Sequence record: MF402939
DNA length: 64,000 nucleotides
Source: Escherichia phage OSYSP
Reading direction: 5' to 3' (one strand)
Below the pieces are notes generated by a model that was given only the letters and a program-made list of their open reading frames with translations, ran no database searches and was not told the origin of the DNA. Each line of letters opens with the position of its first letter. Position 1 is the stretch's first letter. This document shows, one piece after another, positions 19,876-30,198 of the stretch. The position numbers and the translations under genes were made by a program.

Positions 19876-20358
19876 ATGGCTGTAGATAGTAGAGAGAAAG
19901 GTAAACGTGGTGAATATCAGGTAAGGGATATTCTACGTGAGCGTACAGGTCTTGAGTGGGAACGTGTTCCTGGCTCTGGTGCTTTTGGCCAGAGCCACGG
20001 ACTGAAGGGTGACATCTACCTTCCACCACAAAGCGGACACATTAGTAAATACTGCTTCGAAGTTAAGTGGTATAAAGATGATAATATATCAAGTAATTTA
20101 TTTAATGTTGGTGAATCCACTCTAGAGAAGTGGTGGCAGCAGTGCTCACGTGAAGGTGAGCAGATGAACTCCAAACCTGCATTAATATTCAAAAAAGACA
20201 GAGGACAGTGGTTAATAGCTTTGGATAGCTCAGACCCGATGGTTGACAACTTAATGAGTCGTACCCATATGGTGTTAAATAAGAAAGGCATGGAAATCGT
20301 AATCGGTTTATTTGAGCCGTGGCTACATAATGCATCTGTTGAGGACTTAATTAAATAA
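19876..20358 (+). CDS. Holliday junction resolvase-like PD-(D/E)xK nuclease
   Basis: Hjc-like pattern EKGKRGE ... GDIY ... FEVK. Confidence 0.6.
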   Translation: MAVDSREKGKRGEYQVRDILRERTGLEWERVPGSGAFGQSHGLKGDIYLPPQSGHISKYCFEVKWYKDDNISSNLFNVGESTLEKWWQQCSREGEQMNSKPALIFKKDRGQWLIALDSSDPMVDNLMSRTHMVLNKKGMEIVIGLFEPWLHNASVEDLIK

Positions 20359-21233
20359 TGAGTAAATCCTGGGGAAAATTTATTGAAGAAGAGGAAGCTG
20401 AAATGGCTTCCCGTCGTAACCTAATGATTGTCGATGGAACTAACTTAGGCTTTCGCTTCAAACATAACAACAGTAAAAAACCATTTGCCTCAAGTTATGT
20501 TTCCACTATTCAATCTTTAGCAAAATCCTACTCCGCAAGAACTACGATTGTTCTAGGTGATAAGGGGAAATCTGTATTTCGTCTAGAACATCTACCAGAG
20601 TATAAAGGTAATCGTGATGAAAAGTATGCACAACGTACAGAAGAAGAGAAAGCACTGGATGAACAGTTCTTTGAGTATTTGAAAGATGCTTTCGAGTTGT
20701 GTGAAACTACATTCCCAACTTTTACCATTCGTGGTGTAGAAGCAGATGATATGGCAGCTTATATTGTTAAACTCATCGGGCATCTTTATGATCACGTTTG
20801 GTTGATTTCTACCGATGGTGACTGGGATACGTTATTAACGGATAAAGTTTCTCGATTTTCTTTTACTACACGTCGTGAGTATCATCTTCGTGATATGTAT
20901 GAACATCATAATGTTGATGATGTTGAGCAGTTTATCTCCCTGAAAGCAATTATGGGTGATCTAGGGGATAATATTCGCGGCGTTGAAGGTATTGGGGCAA
21001 AACGCGGATATAATATTATTCGTGAGTTTGGTAACGTACTAGATATTATTGATCAGCTTCCACTGCCTGGAAAACAGAAATATATACAGAATCTGAATGC
21101 ATCGGAAGAACTGCTTTTCCGAAACTTGATTCTGGTTGATTTACCGACGTATTGTGTAGATGCTATTGCTGCCGCAGGGCAAGATGTATTAGATAAATTT
21201 ACAAAAGATATTTTGGAGATTGCAGGACAATGA
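20358..21233 (+). CDS. Flap endonuclease / 5'-3' exonuclease (D15-like, 291 aa)
   Basis: N-terminal LMIVDGTNLGFR motif typical of 5' nucleases; size and position. Confidence 0.85.
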   Translation: MSKSWGKFIEEEEAEMASRRNLMIVDGTNLGFRFKHNNSKKPFASSYVSTIQSLAKSYSARTTIVLGDKGKSVFRLEHLPEYKGNRDEKYAQRTEEEKALDEQFFEYLKDAFELCETTFPTFTIRGVEADDMAAYIVKLIGHLYDHVWLISTDGDWDTLLTDKVSRFSFTTRREYHLRDMYEHHNVDDVEQFISLKAIMGDLGDNIRGVEGIGAKRGYNIIREFGNVLDIIDQLPLPGKQKYIQNLNASEELLFRNLILVDLPTYCVDAIAAAGQDVLDKFTKDILEIAGQ

Positions 21234-21676
21234 TTAAAATTAAATTAACTCACCCAGATTGTATGCCTAAGATTGGTTCCGAAGATGCCGCAGGTATGGA
21301 TCTGCGAGCATTCTTTGGTACTAACCCTGCCGCAGATTTACGTGCTATTGCACCAGGCAAATCCTTAATGATTGACACCGGTGTCGCGGTGTCAATTCCG
21401 CGAGGCTGGTTCGGTTTGGTGGTTCCTCGTAGCTCTTTAGGTAAGCGCCATTTGATGATTGCAAACACCGCAGGGGTGATCGACTCAGACTATCGTGGTA
21501 CTATTAAGATGAACCTCTATAATTACGGTTCTGAAATGCAAACTCTGGAGAATTTCGAGAGACTTTGTCAGCTAGTAGTGCTACCACACTATTCAACTCG
21601 TAATTTTGAAATAGTTGACGAACTAGAGGAGACTATTCGTGGAGAAGGTGGATTTGGAAGCTCAGGAAGCAAATAA
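21230..21676 (+). CDS. dut: dUTP diphosphatase
   Basis: dUTPase motifs AAGMDLRA, RSSLG, GVIDSDYRG, GGFGSSG. Confidence 0.9.
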   Translation: MIKIKLTHPDCMPKIGSEDAAGMDLRAFFGTNPAADLRAIAPGKSLMIDTGVAVSIPRGWFGLVVPRSSLGKRHLMIANTAGVIDSDYRGTIKMNLYNYGSEMQTLENFERLCQLVVLPHYSTRNFEIVDELEETIRGEGGFGSSGSK

Positions 21677-21692
21677 TTTTACTGATCCTAAT

Positions 21693-21896
21693 ATGGTAGG
21701 TATTGATACTAATATGTCGGCTTATCAGATTAAAACTGAACCAGAAAAGTATGTACTGAAAACAGACAAAGAAGGTAATGTTACTTTCTGGGATCCTGAA
21801 GGTTTTGTGGAGCTTTGTACTAATAGTGACAACGAGCATTTAAAAATACTATTAACCATTTATAATCTTGGTATTATAGAAGGTTGTAGAAGCTAG
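21693..21896 (+). CDS. Small hypothetical protein (start uncertain)
   Basis: ORF track (21639..21896), trimmed to the first ATG after the dut stop. Confidence 0.3.
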   Translation: MVGIDTNMSAYQIKTEPEKYVLKTDKEGNVTFWDPEGFVELCTNSDNEHLKILLTIYNLGIIEGCRS

Positions 21897-21901
21897 TTAT
21901 A

Positions 21902-21940
21902 GAAAAACCCCAGCGGATTTTGTCCGCTGGGGTTTCTTTT
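21902..21940. terminator. Bidirectional rho-independent terminator between convergent early and late transcription units
   Basis: CCCCAGCGGA-TTTTG-TCCGCTGGGG flanked by an A-run and a T-run. Confidence 0.8.
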
Positions 21941-21953
21941 TACTATGTATACA

Positions 21954-24863
21954 TTATGAGTTATCTGGCTTAATGAGCTCACTCACAAGTTTTTTCAGTT
22001 CGGTTAATTCTTGCTCAAGTTTGTTAACTTTATCAGCTTGATAACGAAATGCACAAGCTAAATCCGCCATAATTACGTTATTATCAAGAGCTAATGTATC
22101 GTCCGCTTTATCAACAACAATTTGACGGTCTACATATTCTTCACCTTCTTCATTAACACCTATAACATCTGCAAAAATATCCCCGCCAGGAATTAATTTT
22201 ACATATTCCGGGTCTATTTTTAGTAGGTCTTGGGCTATTAAACCAAATCGCTGGATGTTGCTTCCATTGTATTTAAACATTGTAGGCAGCCACTGCATAA
22301 CGCGATCATAGCTTTCTTTTCCATCTGTATAAATTATATCATGCTTTAAATCTCTGTCAGAGTTGGCGGCCTTTTGAAAAATGAAATTTCCACTTGATGA
22401 CCATGTAGTTATATCGTTTGATGCTGGCTGAAACTGGAAGTTACAGAAAAAATTGCCATCACCACGAAGCCTTAACGAGCAAAAAGGCCAAGCATTATTT
22501 CCCTGTGGGATAAGACCCCAAGTTGCACGAATTGGATAACCACCAGTTGATTGTGTACCCCATGAAAGTCCAGGCGCCCATCCACCATCATTGTTAGGAA
22601 TAATCTCGCCCCAAACAAGAGCATTACCCCAATAGTTAGGATCATCCCAGCCCATTTGTTGGGTTTTGCCAGTGTATTGGGCGGAATGAGTTCTGCCGTC
22701 AGGGTAAAACTTGTGCATATAGGCCTGTATCCCTGCTTGATACAATTCTATTCCAAAAGATTCAATGTGTGTGTCGCCTCTTCTGATTAAACCAGCGATA
22801 GCGTAATCGTCATACCAATTGTAACGACTTACACCAGTCCATGTGTTTATGGGTGGATTCATGGTTGAAAATAGTTGTGACGCATTGCGTTCATTCCCGT
22901 CTGCATAAATACCAGCCCCCGGAGCTAATGAGATTGATTTTGCTCCTGAAAAAGTACCATTTTCATTAAATTGATAATAGTGAAACAAGTTATTATGAAA
23001 CACACCTATTGTATGTTTTCCTACGCCTACTTGAGTTTCGAAATAAGACTGAGAAGAACCAATATCCTCGCCTTGTGTGTTCTTTAATTTTGAATGGTAT
23101 ATACCTGCGTTTGCAGTATTTGCATTTTCCGTTTCATTTTCAACATTAAGGCTTAGAAATTTTGGTGCATGTTTTTCGCCAAGTCCTATATTGTTTCTAA
23201 TACCATTCGCATCCTTAGCACCCGTACCACCAAATTGAATACCTAGTGGTAGCCATTGATTGGTTGTAGCATCATAAACGCCCCAATGATCCCCACCATC
23301 TGGAATGGTTAGATACTTGTTTTTATTTGGGGAATATAAAACTGTTTCACCAGAAGTCTGAAACAGCCTATCAACTCCTAAATTATATCTAGCACCTTCA
23401 AGTGTATCCGCTCCAGTACCACCAGCAATAATTGATAATGGAAGAGATTCCCATGAGATACCATCACCATTTATGTTTTTCTGGAGTACAATAAGCCCAT
23501 CATCTCGCATAACAAATCTATATAATCTATTATGCGAGTATAAAAAAGTATGAACCCCATCCTGCACAAGTGAGTCTATAAGGAGCGTCTGACGAGAAGC
23601 ATTAATATCCGACAGATCTGAAAGATTATTTTCTTTTAGTAACGATTTACCAATAATACCTTCAGCTTTTCCAGCAGCCACTTCTGCACGTCCAGCGTCG
23701 GTAGATGCGCTTTGTGCGCTACTAGCAGCATTACTAGCTTGTTGCCCGGCCTCAACAGCACTGTTACCCGCTTGTGTAGCGGAAATAGCAGCGGCGTCTT
23801 TTAGCACGGTAGTTTCGGACACAGCGGCATCCTTAATTGCTTGCGTCTCGCTTACTGCACTATCCTTAATAGTCTGTGTGTCAGACTTTAATTTTTCAAC
23901 ATCTGCTTTTAAAGCTGTTGTTTCACCTACAGCGGCATCCTTAATTGCTTGCGTCTCGCTTACTGCACTATCCTTAATAGTCTGTGTGTCAGACTTTAAT
24001 TTTTCAACATCTGCTTTTAAAGCTGTTGTTTCACCTACAGCGCTATCTTTAATTAGTTGAGTATCTGATTTTAGTTGCTCAACATCTGATTTTAAGCCTT
24101 GAATAGTGGTTACTGACTGACTAGCTGAGGTTGCAGAACTAGCTGCGTTAGTCTCACTATCTTTGGCTTTAGTCTCACTAGTTTTAGCATTTGTTTCACT
24201 AGTTTTAGCATTTGTTTCAGAGGTTTTTGCAGCAGACGCTGATGTAGCAGCTTGTGTAGAGAATGTTTCCGCCTCATTCCTAAAACCACTGGAATCCGCA
24301 GCGGAAGCGGCAGCATTAGTCTCACTGATTTTTGCTTTATCTTCACTAATTTTTGCAACAGCAGCAGATGCAGCAGCATTAGTCTCACTGATTTTTGCTT
24401 TATCTTCACTAGCCTTTGCATTAATTTCGCTAGTTTTAGCTTTATCTTCACTAGCCTTTGCATTAATTTCGCTAGTTTTAGCTTTATCTTCACTAGTCTT
24501 TGCATTAGTTTCGGATATTTTAGCTGCTGCAGCGGATTCTGCAGACTTATTGGCTGACGTTGCGGACTGAGTAGCAGAAGTAGCTGATTGGGTAGCCGAT
24601 GCTTCAGAAGCTTCCGCGGAAATCGCAGCTTCCTGTTCAGAATTCTTAGCATTAAGCTCTGAAGTCTTAGCAGCTATTTCAGAATCTTTTGCAGCCGCAG
24701 CAGATTTAGCAGTGGCCTCTATAGAAGATACTAACTCATTAGCAGTAATAGAGCTAATAGAATTTCCAAGAGTTACTGTGTATCTAGGAAATTTACTAGC
24801 AGTAGCTTTAGTATCATCAATATTTAATATTTGTTGTACAATAATCTTAGTAGTTATTGCCAT
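21954..24863 (-). CDS. L-shaped tail fibre (pb1-like) with Ala/Ser/Thr/Lys-rich repetitive shaft and C-terminal intramolecular chaperone (peptidase S74-like)
   Basis: Tandem repeats in the translation; C-terminal SDRDLKHD ... GLIAQDL motif; position after dut as in T5-like phages. Confidence 0.8.
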   Translation of the reverse strand: MAITTKIIVQQILNIDDTKATASKFPRYTVTLGNSISSITANELVSSIEATAKSAAAAKDSEIAAKTSELNAKNSEQEAAISAEASEASATQSATSATQSATSANKSAESAAAAKISETNAKTSEDKAKTSEINAKASEDKAKTSEINAKASEDKAKISETNAAASAAVAKISEDKAKISETNAAASAADSSGFRNEAETFSTQAATSASAAKTSETNAKTSETNAKTSETKAKDSETNAASSATSASQSVTTIQGLKSDVEQLKSDTQLIKDSAVGETTALKADVEKLKSDTQTIKDSAVSETQAIKDAAVGETTALKADVEKLKSDTQTIKDSAVSETQAIKDAAVSETTVLKDAAAISATQAGNSAVEAGQQASNAASSAQSASTDAGRAEVAAGKAEGIIGKSLLKENNLSDLSDINASRQTLLIDSLVQDGVHTFLYSHNRLYRFVMRDDGLIVLQKNINGDGISWESLPLSIIAGGTGADTLEGARYNLGVDRLFQTSGETVLYSPNKNKYLTIPDGGDHWGVYDATTNQWLPLGIQFGGTGAKDANGIRNNIGLGEKHAPKFLSLNVENETENANTANAGIYHSKLKNTQGEDIGSSQSYFETQVGVGKHTIGVFHNNLFHYYQFNENGTFSGAKSISLAPGAGIYADGNERNASQLFSTMNPPINTWTGVSRYNWYDDYAIAGLIRRGDTHIESFGIELYQAGIQAYMHKFYPDGRTHSAQYTGKTQQMGWDDPNYWGNALVWGEIIPNNDGGWAPGLSWGTQSTGGYPIRATWGLIPQGNNAWPFCSLRLRGDGNFFCNFQFQPASNDITTWSSSGNFIFQKAANSDRDLKHDIIYTDGKESYDRVMQWLPTMFKYNGSNIQRFGLIAQDLLKIDPEYVKLIPGGDIFADVIGVNEEGEEYVDRQIVVDKADDTLALDNNVIMADLACAFRYQADKVNKLEQELTELKKLVSELIKPDNS
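23850..24560. repeat. Tandem direct DNA repeats inside the tail-fibre gene (roughly 40-60 bp units, several copies)
   Basis: Repeated blocks such as GCATTAGTCTCACTGATTTTTGCTTTATCTTCACTA and CTTTGCATTAATTTCGCTAGTTTTAGCTTTATCTTCACTAGC. Confidence 0.8.
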
Positions 24864-25285
24864 TATCTAGTTACCCCATCACTGATAAATACTTTACCCT
24901 CCATTATACGAAAAGAACTAATAGCTGATCCTATGACGTCTCGTGTCATAATTATATCATAGTATCCTGCAAAACGTTGGCGAGGGTTATACTTATCTCT
25001 CTCTTTGGTAGCTTTTTCGCCAATATTATCTACTGCCTCTACAGGTAAACTTATAGCTATAGCACCTTGAGCAGCATCAGTAATTTTAGTAGTAAAAGAT
25101 GCCAAAGTTTCCGCATTCTCATCAAGCCCGGCCTTTATAGTACCCCTTAGGGAATACCCTGTTAAGTTAACAGGGGTATTTGTAGGTGGATAAGTACTAT
25201 CATCAACATCTAAGAATTGCATCATTAGACCATAAGGTACTTTCTCATCTATCACTAAGTCTATAACTCTATTTTCAGTACTCAT
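24863..25285 (-). CDS. Tail collar protein (p132-like, 140 aa)
   Basis: Size and synteny with the T5-like tail tip module. Confidence 0.55.
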   Translation of the reverse strand: MSTENRVIDLVIDEKVPYGLMMQFLDVDDSTYPPTNTPVNLTGYSLRGTIKAGLDENAETLASFTTKITDAAQGAIAISLPVEAVDNIGEKATKERDKYNPRQRFAGYYDIIMTRDVIGSAISSFRIMEGKVFISDGVTR

Positions 25286-25291
25286 TATTTA

Positions 25292-27364
25292 TTACCTTAT
25301 ATGGATATACCCACTATTTAGGTCTATCTTCATCTTGTAGTATGCCTCAGGATTTCCTGATAACGCAGCGTTCCTATCATAAATGATGTTAACACCGATC
25401 TGAGATAAGAAAGCATTTCCTGCTACAATTTTATCTGCCGTCACCGTCCCGTTAACAATCATGTTTCCGTGGAGAACCATTGCAGGGTTAACCCAACCAG
25501 ACCCGTTCCATTGCCTTGTAAATGCTGATTGTGGGGCATTACTGTTAAATTCAGTTAATACATCATATTTAACTGGAGGAGAACCGAAGTTACTTTGAAA
25601 GAAGGAATTAGCTTGTCCATCATCCCAACCACCTAAACCTGCTATACCTACAGAGTACATCCCAGGACCACGTTGTCCATCATGCCCTATAGTACCTTCA
25701 GTACCACTCCACTGAACCACATCTGACCAGCTAGTACCCTCTAATAACCTATTAGTAACTGGATCAAGTGTACCCGTAGTCGCATAGATATTTTGTGTCA
25801 TATCTGTACGGTTAGGTGGAGTTTTTGACCAACCAGGAGGTGGATAATCTTGTTCTAGTGGTTTAGCAGGTAGAGATGTTGCTAACTTATAAACAAATAC
25901 TGTCTGTTTACCTTGTAAACCAGTTTCAATATCTACGTCACCATTTGGTGTCCCAATTACTACACCACTAGAGATACGCAAGGTAGTACCATCATAACGT
26001 ATCCATTGTGTAGCGTTACCAATGTCTAATTTAGCTTTGGCAGAGGTATTATCCATACCCATCCAAATACCGGAGTTATTATCCCCCCAAGATTTACCTT
26101 GAGTGTAAATTGCTGGGTTATCCTTACCAGATAAGTTAGTCATAATAAAGTTCGCAGCATTAATATCTCTAGTAATTACTTTACCATCAACGTTAACAAC
26201 ACGGTTTATAGGGTCGAAAGAAATAGGTGCTTTTCCTTCTTCATCCAGTAGACCAATGTTAATAGCACCAGTAGCTGCGTCGATTAAGAATGTCTGTCTC
26301 CAGATTTCTCCATCTTTCATGCTACCCTTAATAAAGGCATAATTAACGTCAATACCTGTCTCATTGACAAAGCTATTGTCTAGAGGAGTATCTTCATTCA
26401 ATATAAATGTTACAGGAGCTGATTCTGTTATATCTTGCTTATTTGGTCCCCAGGCAATTGATGATACCTTAAAAGTATGCTCAACTTTCCATGGGAATGA
26501 TATAATCGTTGCAGCTCTAGCAGCCCCAACGTTTATCTTTTGAGCTTTATCCCAGCCAGTCTTAGCGTATTCTTCAGAGTTTATATAAGTAACCAGAAAT
26601 TCACGGACATTAGCACCCGCACCACGTTCCCAGTCCCACTCTATTCTGACATCATATCGTTCCTTACCATCTGCAATTCGTGCAGCTTTAAAGGCAATGT
26701 TAGTAGGTGCAGTAGGTGGTACAAAATTATAAGCTACAGTGAAAACGCTAGGATATTCATAATAACCAGATGAGTCAACTGTAACACCATCTGGCATCGT
26801 AACTTGACCAGATATTCTGATCTTATAGTCGCCAACGGGAACACCACCAAATTTGATAGTAGGTCCCAGCGCGCCTATATAGTATTTAACCCATTCACTA
26901 TCTTCTGATGCAGTACTTTTTAATTCAATAGTGCAGTAACTAGCTTCACCAGTAGTCTCTACAACAACTATTGGAGCACCAACACCAACGTCAACGGGTT
27001 CTGATTCAGATCTTGCTGCAGTAATTATTGGCTTTTCCTTTGTTCTAAAGTTAGTTTCATTAGAGAGGTTTATACCAATTTTTGCATTTAAAAGTTCTGA
27101 GTCGATAATTGAATCATAGAAAGCCCCCTGAACCTGGTAGGTGGTTGAGGGGGTTAAATTATTAATCATTACGAAGAAAGTATCTATACCGGTATAATCA
27201 CGTCTATCTATACTTTCTCCTATTTTTAACCAAAAAGATCTACCAATAACATCATAATCAGTATAAATGGAGTGCTGGACATAAGCCAAAGTATATCCAG
27301 TCATTATACTATTTAAGACCATTTTGGCTGGTGCATTATTTGAAATCATTAAATGGATGCCCAC
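25292..27364 (-). CDS. Tail tip / central fibre protein (pb4-like)
   Basis: Size (690 aa) and synteny. Confidence 0.6.
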   Translation of the reverse strand: MGIHLMISNNAPAKMVLNSIMTGYTLAYVQHSIYTDYDVIGRSFWLKIGESIDRRDYTGIDTFFVMINNLTPSTTYQVQGAFYDSIIDSELLNAKIGINLSNETNFRTKEKPIITAARSESEPVDVGVGAPIVVVETTGEASYCTIELKSTASEDSEWVKYYIGALGPTIKFGGVPVGDYKIRISGQVTMPDGVTVDSSGYYEYPSVFTVAYNFVPPTAPTNIAFKAARIADGKERYDVRIEWDWERGAGANVREFLVTYINSEEYAKTGWDKAQKINVGAARAATIISFPWKVEHTFKVSSIAWGPNKQDITESAPVTFILNEDTPLDNSFVNETGIDVNYAFIKGSMKDGEIWRQTFLIDAATGAINIGLLDEEGKAPISFDPINRVVNVDGKVITRDINAANFIMTNLSGKDNPAIYTQGKSWGDNNSGIWMGMDNTSAKAKLDIGNATQWIRYDGTTLRISSGVVIGTPNGDVDIETGLQGKQTVFVYKLATSLPAKPLEQDYPPPGWSKTPPNRTDMTQNIYATTGTLDPVTNRLLEGTSWSDVVQWSGTEGTIGHDGQRGPGMYSVGIAGLGGWDDGQANSFFQSNFGSPPVKYDVLTEFNSNAPQSAFTRQWNGSGWVNPAMVLHGNMIVNGTVTADKIVAGNAFLSQIGVNIIYDRNAALSGNPEAYYKMKIDLNSGYIHIR

Positions 27365-30198
27365 TCCACAGACTGTTCTCCATCATCCCCTTCTGCCCTA
27401 ATACGAAAATACAATTTTCTATTTATACCTAGAGCACCGCTGTTCTGGAGAGCAAAGTCTGCCTTATTATATGTTAATAAATAGTCATAAGTATACTGAT
27501 TTTCAATACGTACACTTCTTAACATCCTATTTTGTGAATCGTGTATTTCAAGGGTATAAAATATACTCTCTATTATATCTTCTTCAGGTATTCTATCCCA
27601 GGCTAGTTTCACATCTGGGCCAACAAACTCAGTTACATCTCCAGAAGCAGTATTAGTTACCCTAAAATTAGATACTACACTAAGGTTTTTAGCAGAGTTA
27701 AGTTCTATAGACAGAGTCACCGGGGAACTTCTTCTACCATTAATATCTACTGCCCTTATCTCAAATATAGCCAGACCTGCTGGTTCCCCAATTATTTCTT
27801 GGACCATACGTTCGTTAGGATTGGTCTCTAACTGTTGTATTATGTAAGGTTCGGCATGGCCTGAGTGCACAATAGAGTAGTAAACTACATTATTGGTTAG
27901 ACTCGGAAGCCAGGATAACTCACCATTTTTACCTATAGAGCCTACTAAACCGCCAGGAGTAGGAGTATATTTAAAGTCTCTAGGAGGAAGGACATTGTTA
28001 CTAATATCAGGAATATCATTACCGCTATTATCAACCTGCTCAGAGTTGATGAATACATCCTCTCCATACTCCTGTAAGGTAACATTTATCTTACCCTCTC
28101 TAGAGTTTTCAACCTCATCAACTAGGAAATACTTTTTGTTCCACCCGTAACGGTCATACGTGAATGCAATAGCATCATTGGGTTCAATCCCTATGAACTG
28201 GTATGGTAATGAGAAAGAAAGTGTTCTTGAGTATCTGGATTTCTTAAGTTCTCTATCCGCAAAACTTCTTGCAGTATAGTAGTTAGTAATATTAGCAAAA
28301 GATAGTTGTAATTTTTTATCTAGGTTCTTGTCCTGTTCCTTATACTTGGAATTATAGAATGTAATAGAATTAGTTTTCCAGCTAAGGGCGGGATCTACGA
28401 TAGATGCTTGAACTGAGTTGAATTTATTTCTACCAGTAGTATCTGATAGCTCCAAATCACCGTAAGTATCTAGAAAATTAATCTCTAAGGGAGTATTAGA
28501 GTATTTTTCTACAGTAACCCTATACTGACCAGATAAATTGTTAATAGCCCCACCATAGGACTCTAACAAACCTTGCACATTTTTAAATACTGATTCAGAT
28601 GTATCCAAAATAGTATTCATTTGTACTATTTGTCTATTTTCTGCTAGTGGATCAGTCCACCCAACGTATCTCCAATATGGCTGCCAAGATACCTGATAGG
28701 ATTCATCTATAATATCTAAAATAGCTGCCTCCTGTATTAATTGCTGAAGAGGGAACTGATCAATGGTAATATTAGCGCCATATCTATCAGAGGTTAAGTA
28801 ATCAAGTGTTTGCCAAATACCATTTAAACTAGTACTATTAGCAGTTACTCTACCATCAGAATGATAGACTTTTACTTTTTTACCTTGAATTTCAGCACTA
28901 ACTTCTGGAATCTCAGTCCTATTTTCATTAATAGTGAAGCGCACCACTGCGTATGCAGTATCTAGTAGCTTATATCTAGCATCCCAGTACTCCGGCCCAT
29001 TGCCATTCATATTCTGAAGGTAGAATCCACGTTCTTTAGCTATATCTACTAGTACTTCAGAGGCTGTTTGATCAGATTTTCCGTGATAAGTCCAAATCCT
29101 TATGTCACCATTTCCATCATTATACTTATACTCTTGACCATGGACGGATGGACTACTAGAAGAGGTTCCAGATGCTATCCTCTGCATTGTATCTCCTGCT
29201 ATTTTTTTAGTACCAAAGCAGGTTCTAGCGGAGCTATCATTAGCATCTACGCAGATCATAGGATTATCACCGAAGGAGAAATCAAGAAAACCATCAATCT
29301 CCCCCTCAGCAAAGGCGTATACGACATAAACTATGTTGGGATTGTGTAGTTCTGTATCAGCAAAAATAGGTATTCCAGGAATTTTTTGAACCCCATAAAC
29401 CACCGGTATGTATTTAGCAGCAAGGTTAAAATCTATATCCACTTCCTTAGTGACAGTTTCATAGTATTTTTTAAGGCTGTAGCTTCTAGATAAACCAAAT
29501 AATTTTTTCTTTGATTTTAGCTTGTATCTTTCTTCTTGAACCTGATATTTTGCTAGGATAGAGATACTTTTATTAGAGTGGAAGAAGCCGTAGTCTTCTT
29601 GATACTCTGGTCTTTTAGCACCATTAGATGGTACTAACTGTCCAGCTACAACTTCAAGCCCCCTATGGGAAGCGTCATCAGTATATCTACCATTAACTCT
29701 ATCAAAGTCATAGAATTGGTTAGAACAATTCCAGGTAATTGTAGAGGTTCCTACTCCAGAGGTACTAATGTTATCTTTAATACCCCCTCCAGTAATCCTC
29801 CCCCTAAAATATAGTAAAGGACCATTTGTATCTGGGTCTACTGGCAGAATAGAACCATCTTCAGTAATAATTGCTTGATGAATTGATACGGTTCTATCTA
29901 AGAAGGATACACCATTTTGTACTAGTTTTAGTACTTCATCCTGAGCTGTACCAGTAATAGTAAAAGATAGACTACCAATAGATAAATCTCTATTTTGTTT
30001 ATGTGAGCTAATAGACTTAACTTTACCCGCCTGGTATAAGATGCCATTATATAGTACATCCCTAAAATAATCAGTTAAATAAATAAAAGCAGTACTAGTA
30101 CCAGTAGAGCCAGGTAACTCTAGAGAAATTAGACTAGCAGTTTTTATTCTGCTATTATTTTTTAAGTAGTTTCTAGCACTATCTAGTATTTTTTTCAT
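27349..30198 (-). CDS. Baseplate hub / tail tip protein (pb3-like, 949 aa)
   Basis: Length and position match the T5-like baseplate hub. Confidence 0.65.
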   Translation of the reverse strand: MKKILDSARNYLKNNSRIKTASLISLELPGSTGTSTAFIYLTDYFRDVLYNGILYQAGKVKSISSHKQNRDLSIGSLSFTITGTAQDEVLKLVQNGVSFLDRTVSIHQAIITEDGSILPVDPDTNGPLLYFRGRITGGGIKDNISTSGVGTSTITWNCSNQFYDFDRVNGRYTDDASHRGLEVVAGQLVPSNGAKRPEYQEDYGFFHSNKSISILAKYQVQEERYKLKSKKKLFGLSRSYSLKKYYETVTKEVDIDFNLAAKYIPVVYGVQKIPGIPIFADTELHNPNIVYVVYAFAEGEIDGFLDFSFGDNPMICVDANDSSARTCFGTKKIAGDTMQRIASGTSSSSPSVHGQEYKYNDGNGDIRIWTYHGKSDQTASEVLVDIAKERGFYLQNMNGNGPEYWDARYKLLDTAYAVVRFTINENRTEIPEVSAEIQGKKVKVYHSDGRVTANSTSLNGIWQTLDYLTSDRYGANITIDQFPLQQLIQEAAILDIIDESYQVSWQPYWRYVGWTDPLAENRQIVQMNTILDTSESVFKNVQGLLESYGGAINNLSGQYRVTVEKYSNTPLEINFLDTYGDLELSDTTGRNKFNSVQASIVDPALSWKTNSITFYNSKYKEQDKNLDKKLQLSFANITNYYTARSFADRELKKSRYSRTLSFSLPYQFIGIEPNDAIAFTYDRYGWNKKYFLVDEVENSREGKINVTLQEYGEDVFINSEQVDNSGNDIPDISNNVLPPRDFKYTPTPGGLVGSIGKNGELSWLPSLTNNVVYYSIVHSGHAEPYIIQQLETNPNERMVQEIIGEPAGLAIFEIRAVDINGRRSSPVTLSIELNSAKNLSVVSNFRVTNTASGDVTEFVGPDVKLAWDRIPEEDIIESIFYTLEIHDSQNRMLRSVRIENQYTYDYLLTYNKADFALQNSGALGINRKLYFRIRAEGDDGEQSVEWASI

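Noticed and set aside
24110-24652. Overlapping ORFs on both strands inside the tail-fibre gene (24110..24652 minus, 24163..24570 plus, 24252..24557 plus, 23878..24060 plus)
   Set aside because: They lie within tandem DNA repeats of the fibre gene and give low-complexity translations; they are artefacts of repeat sequence, not genes.
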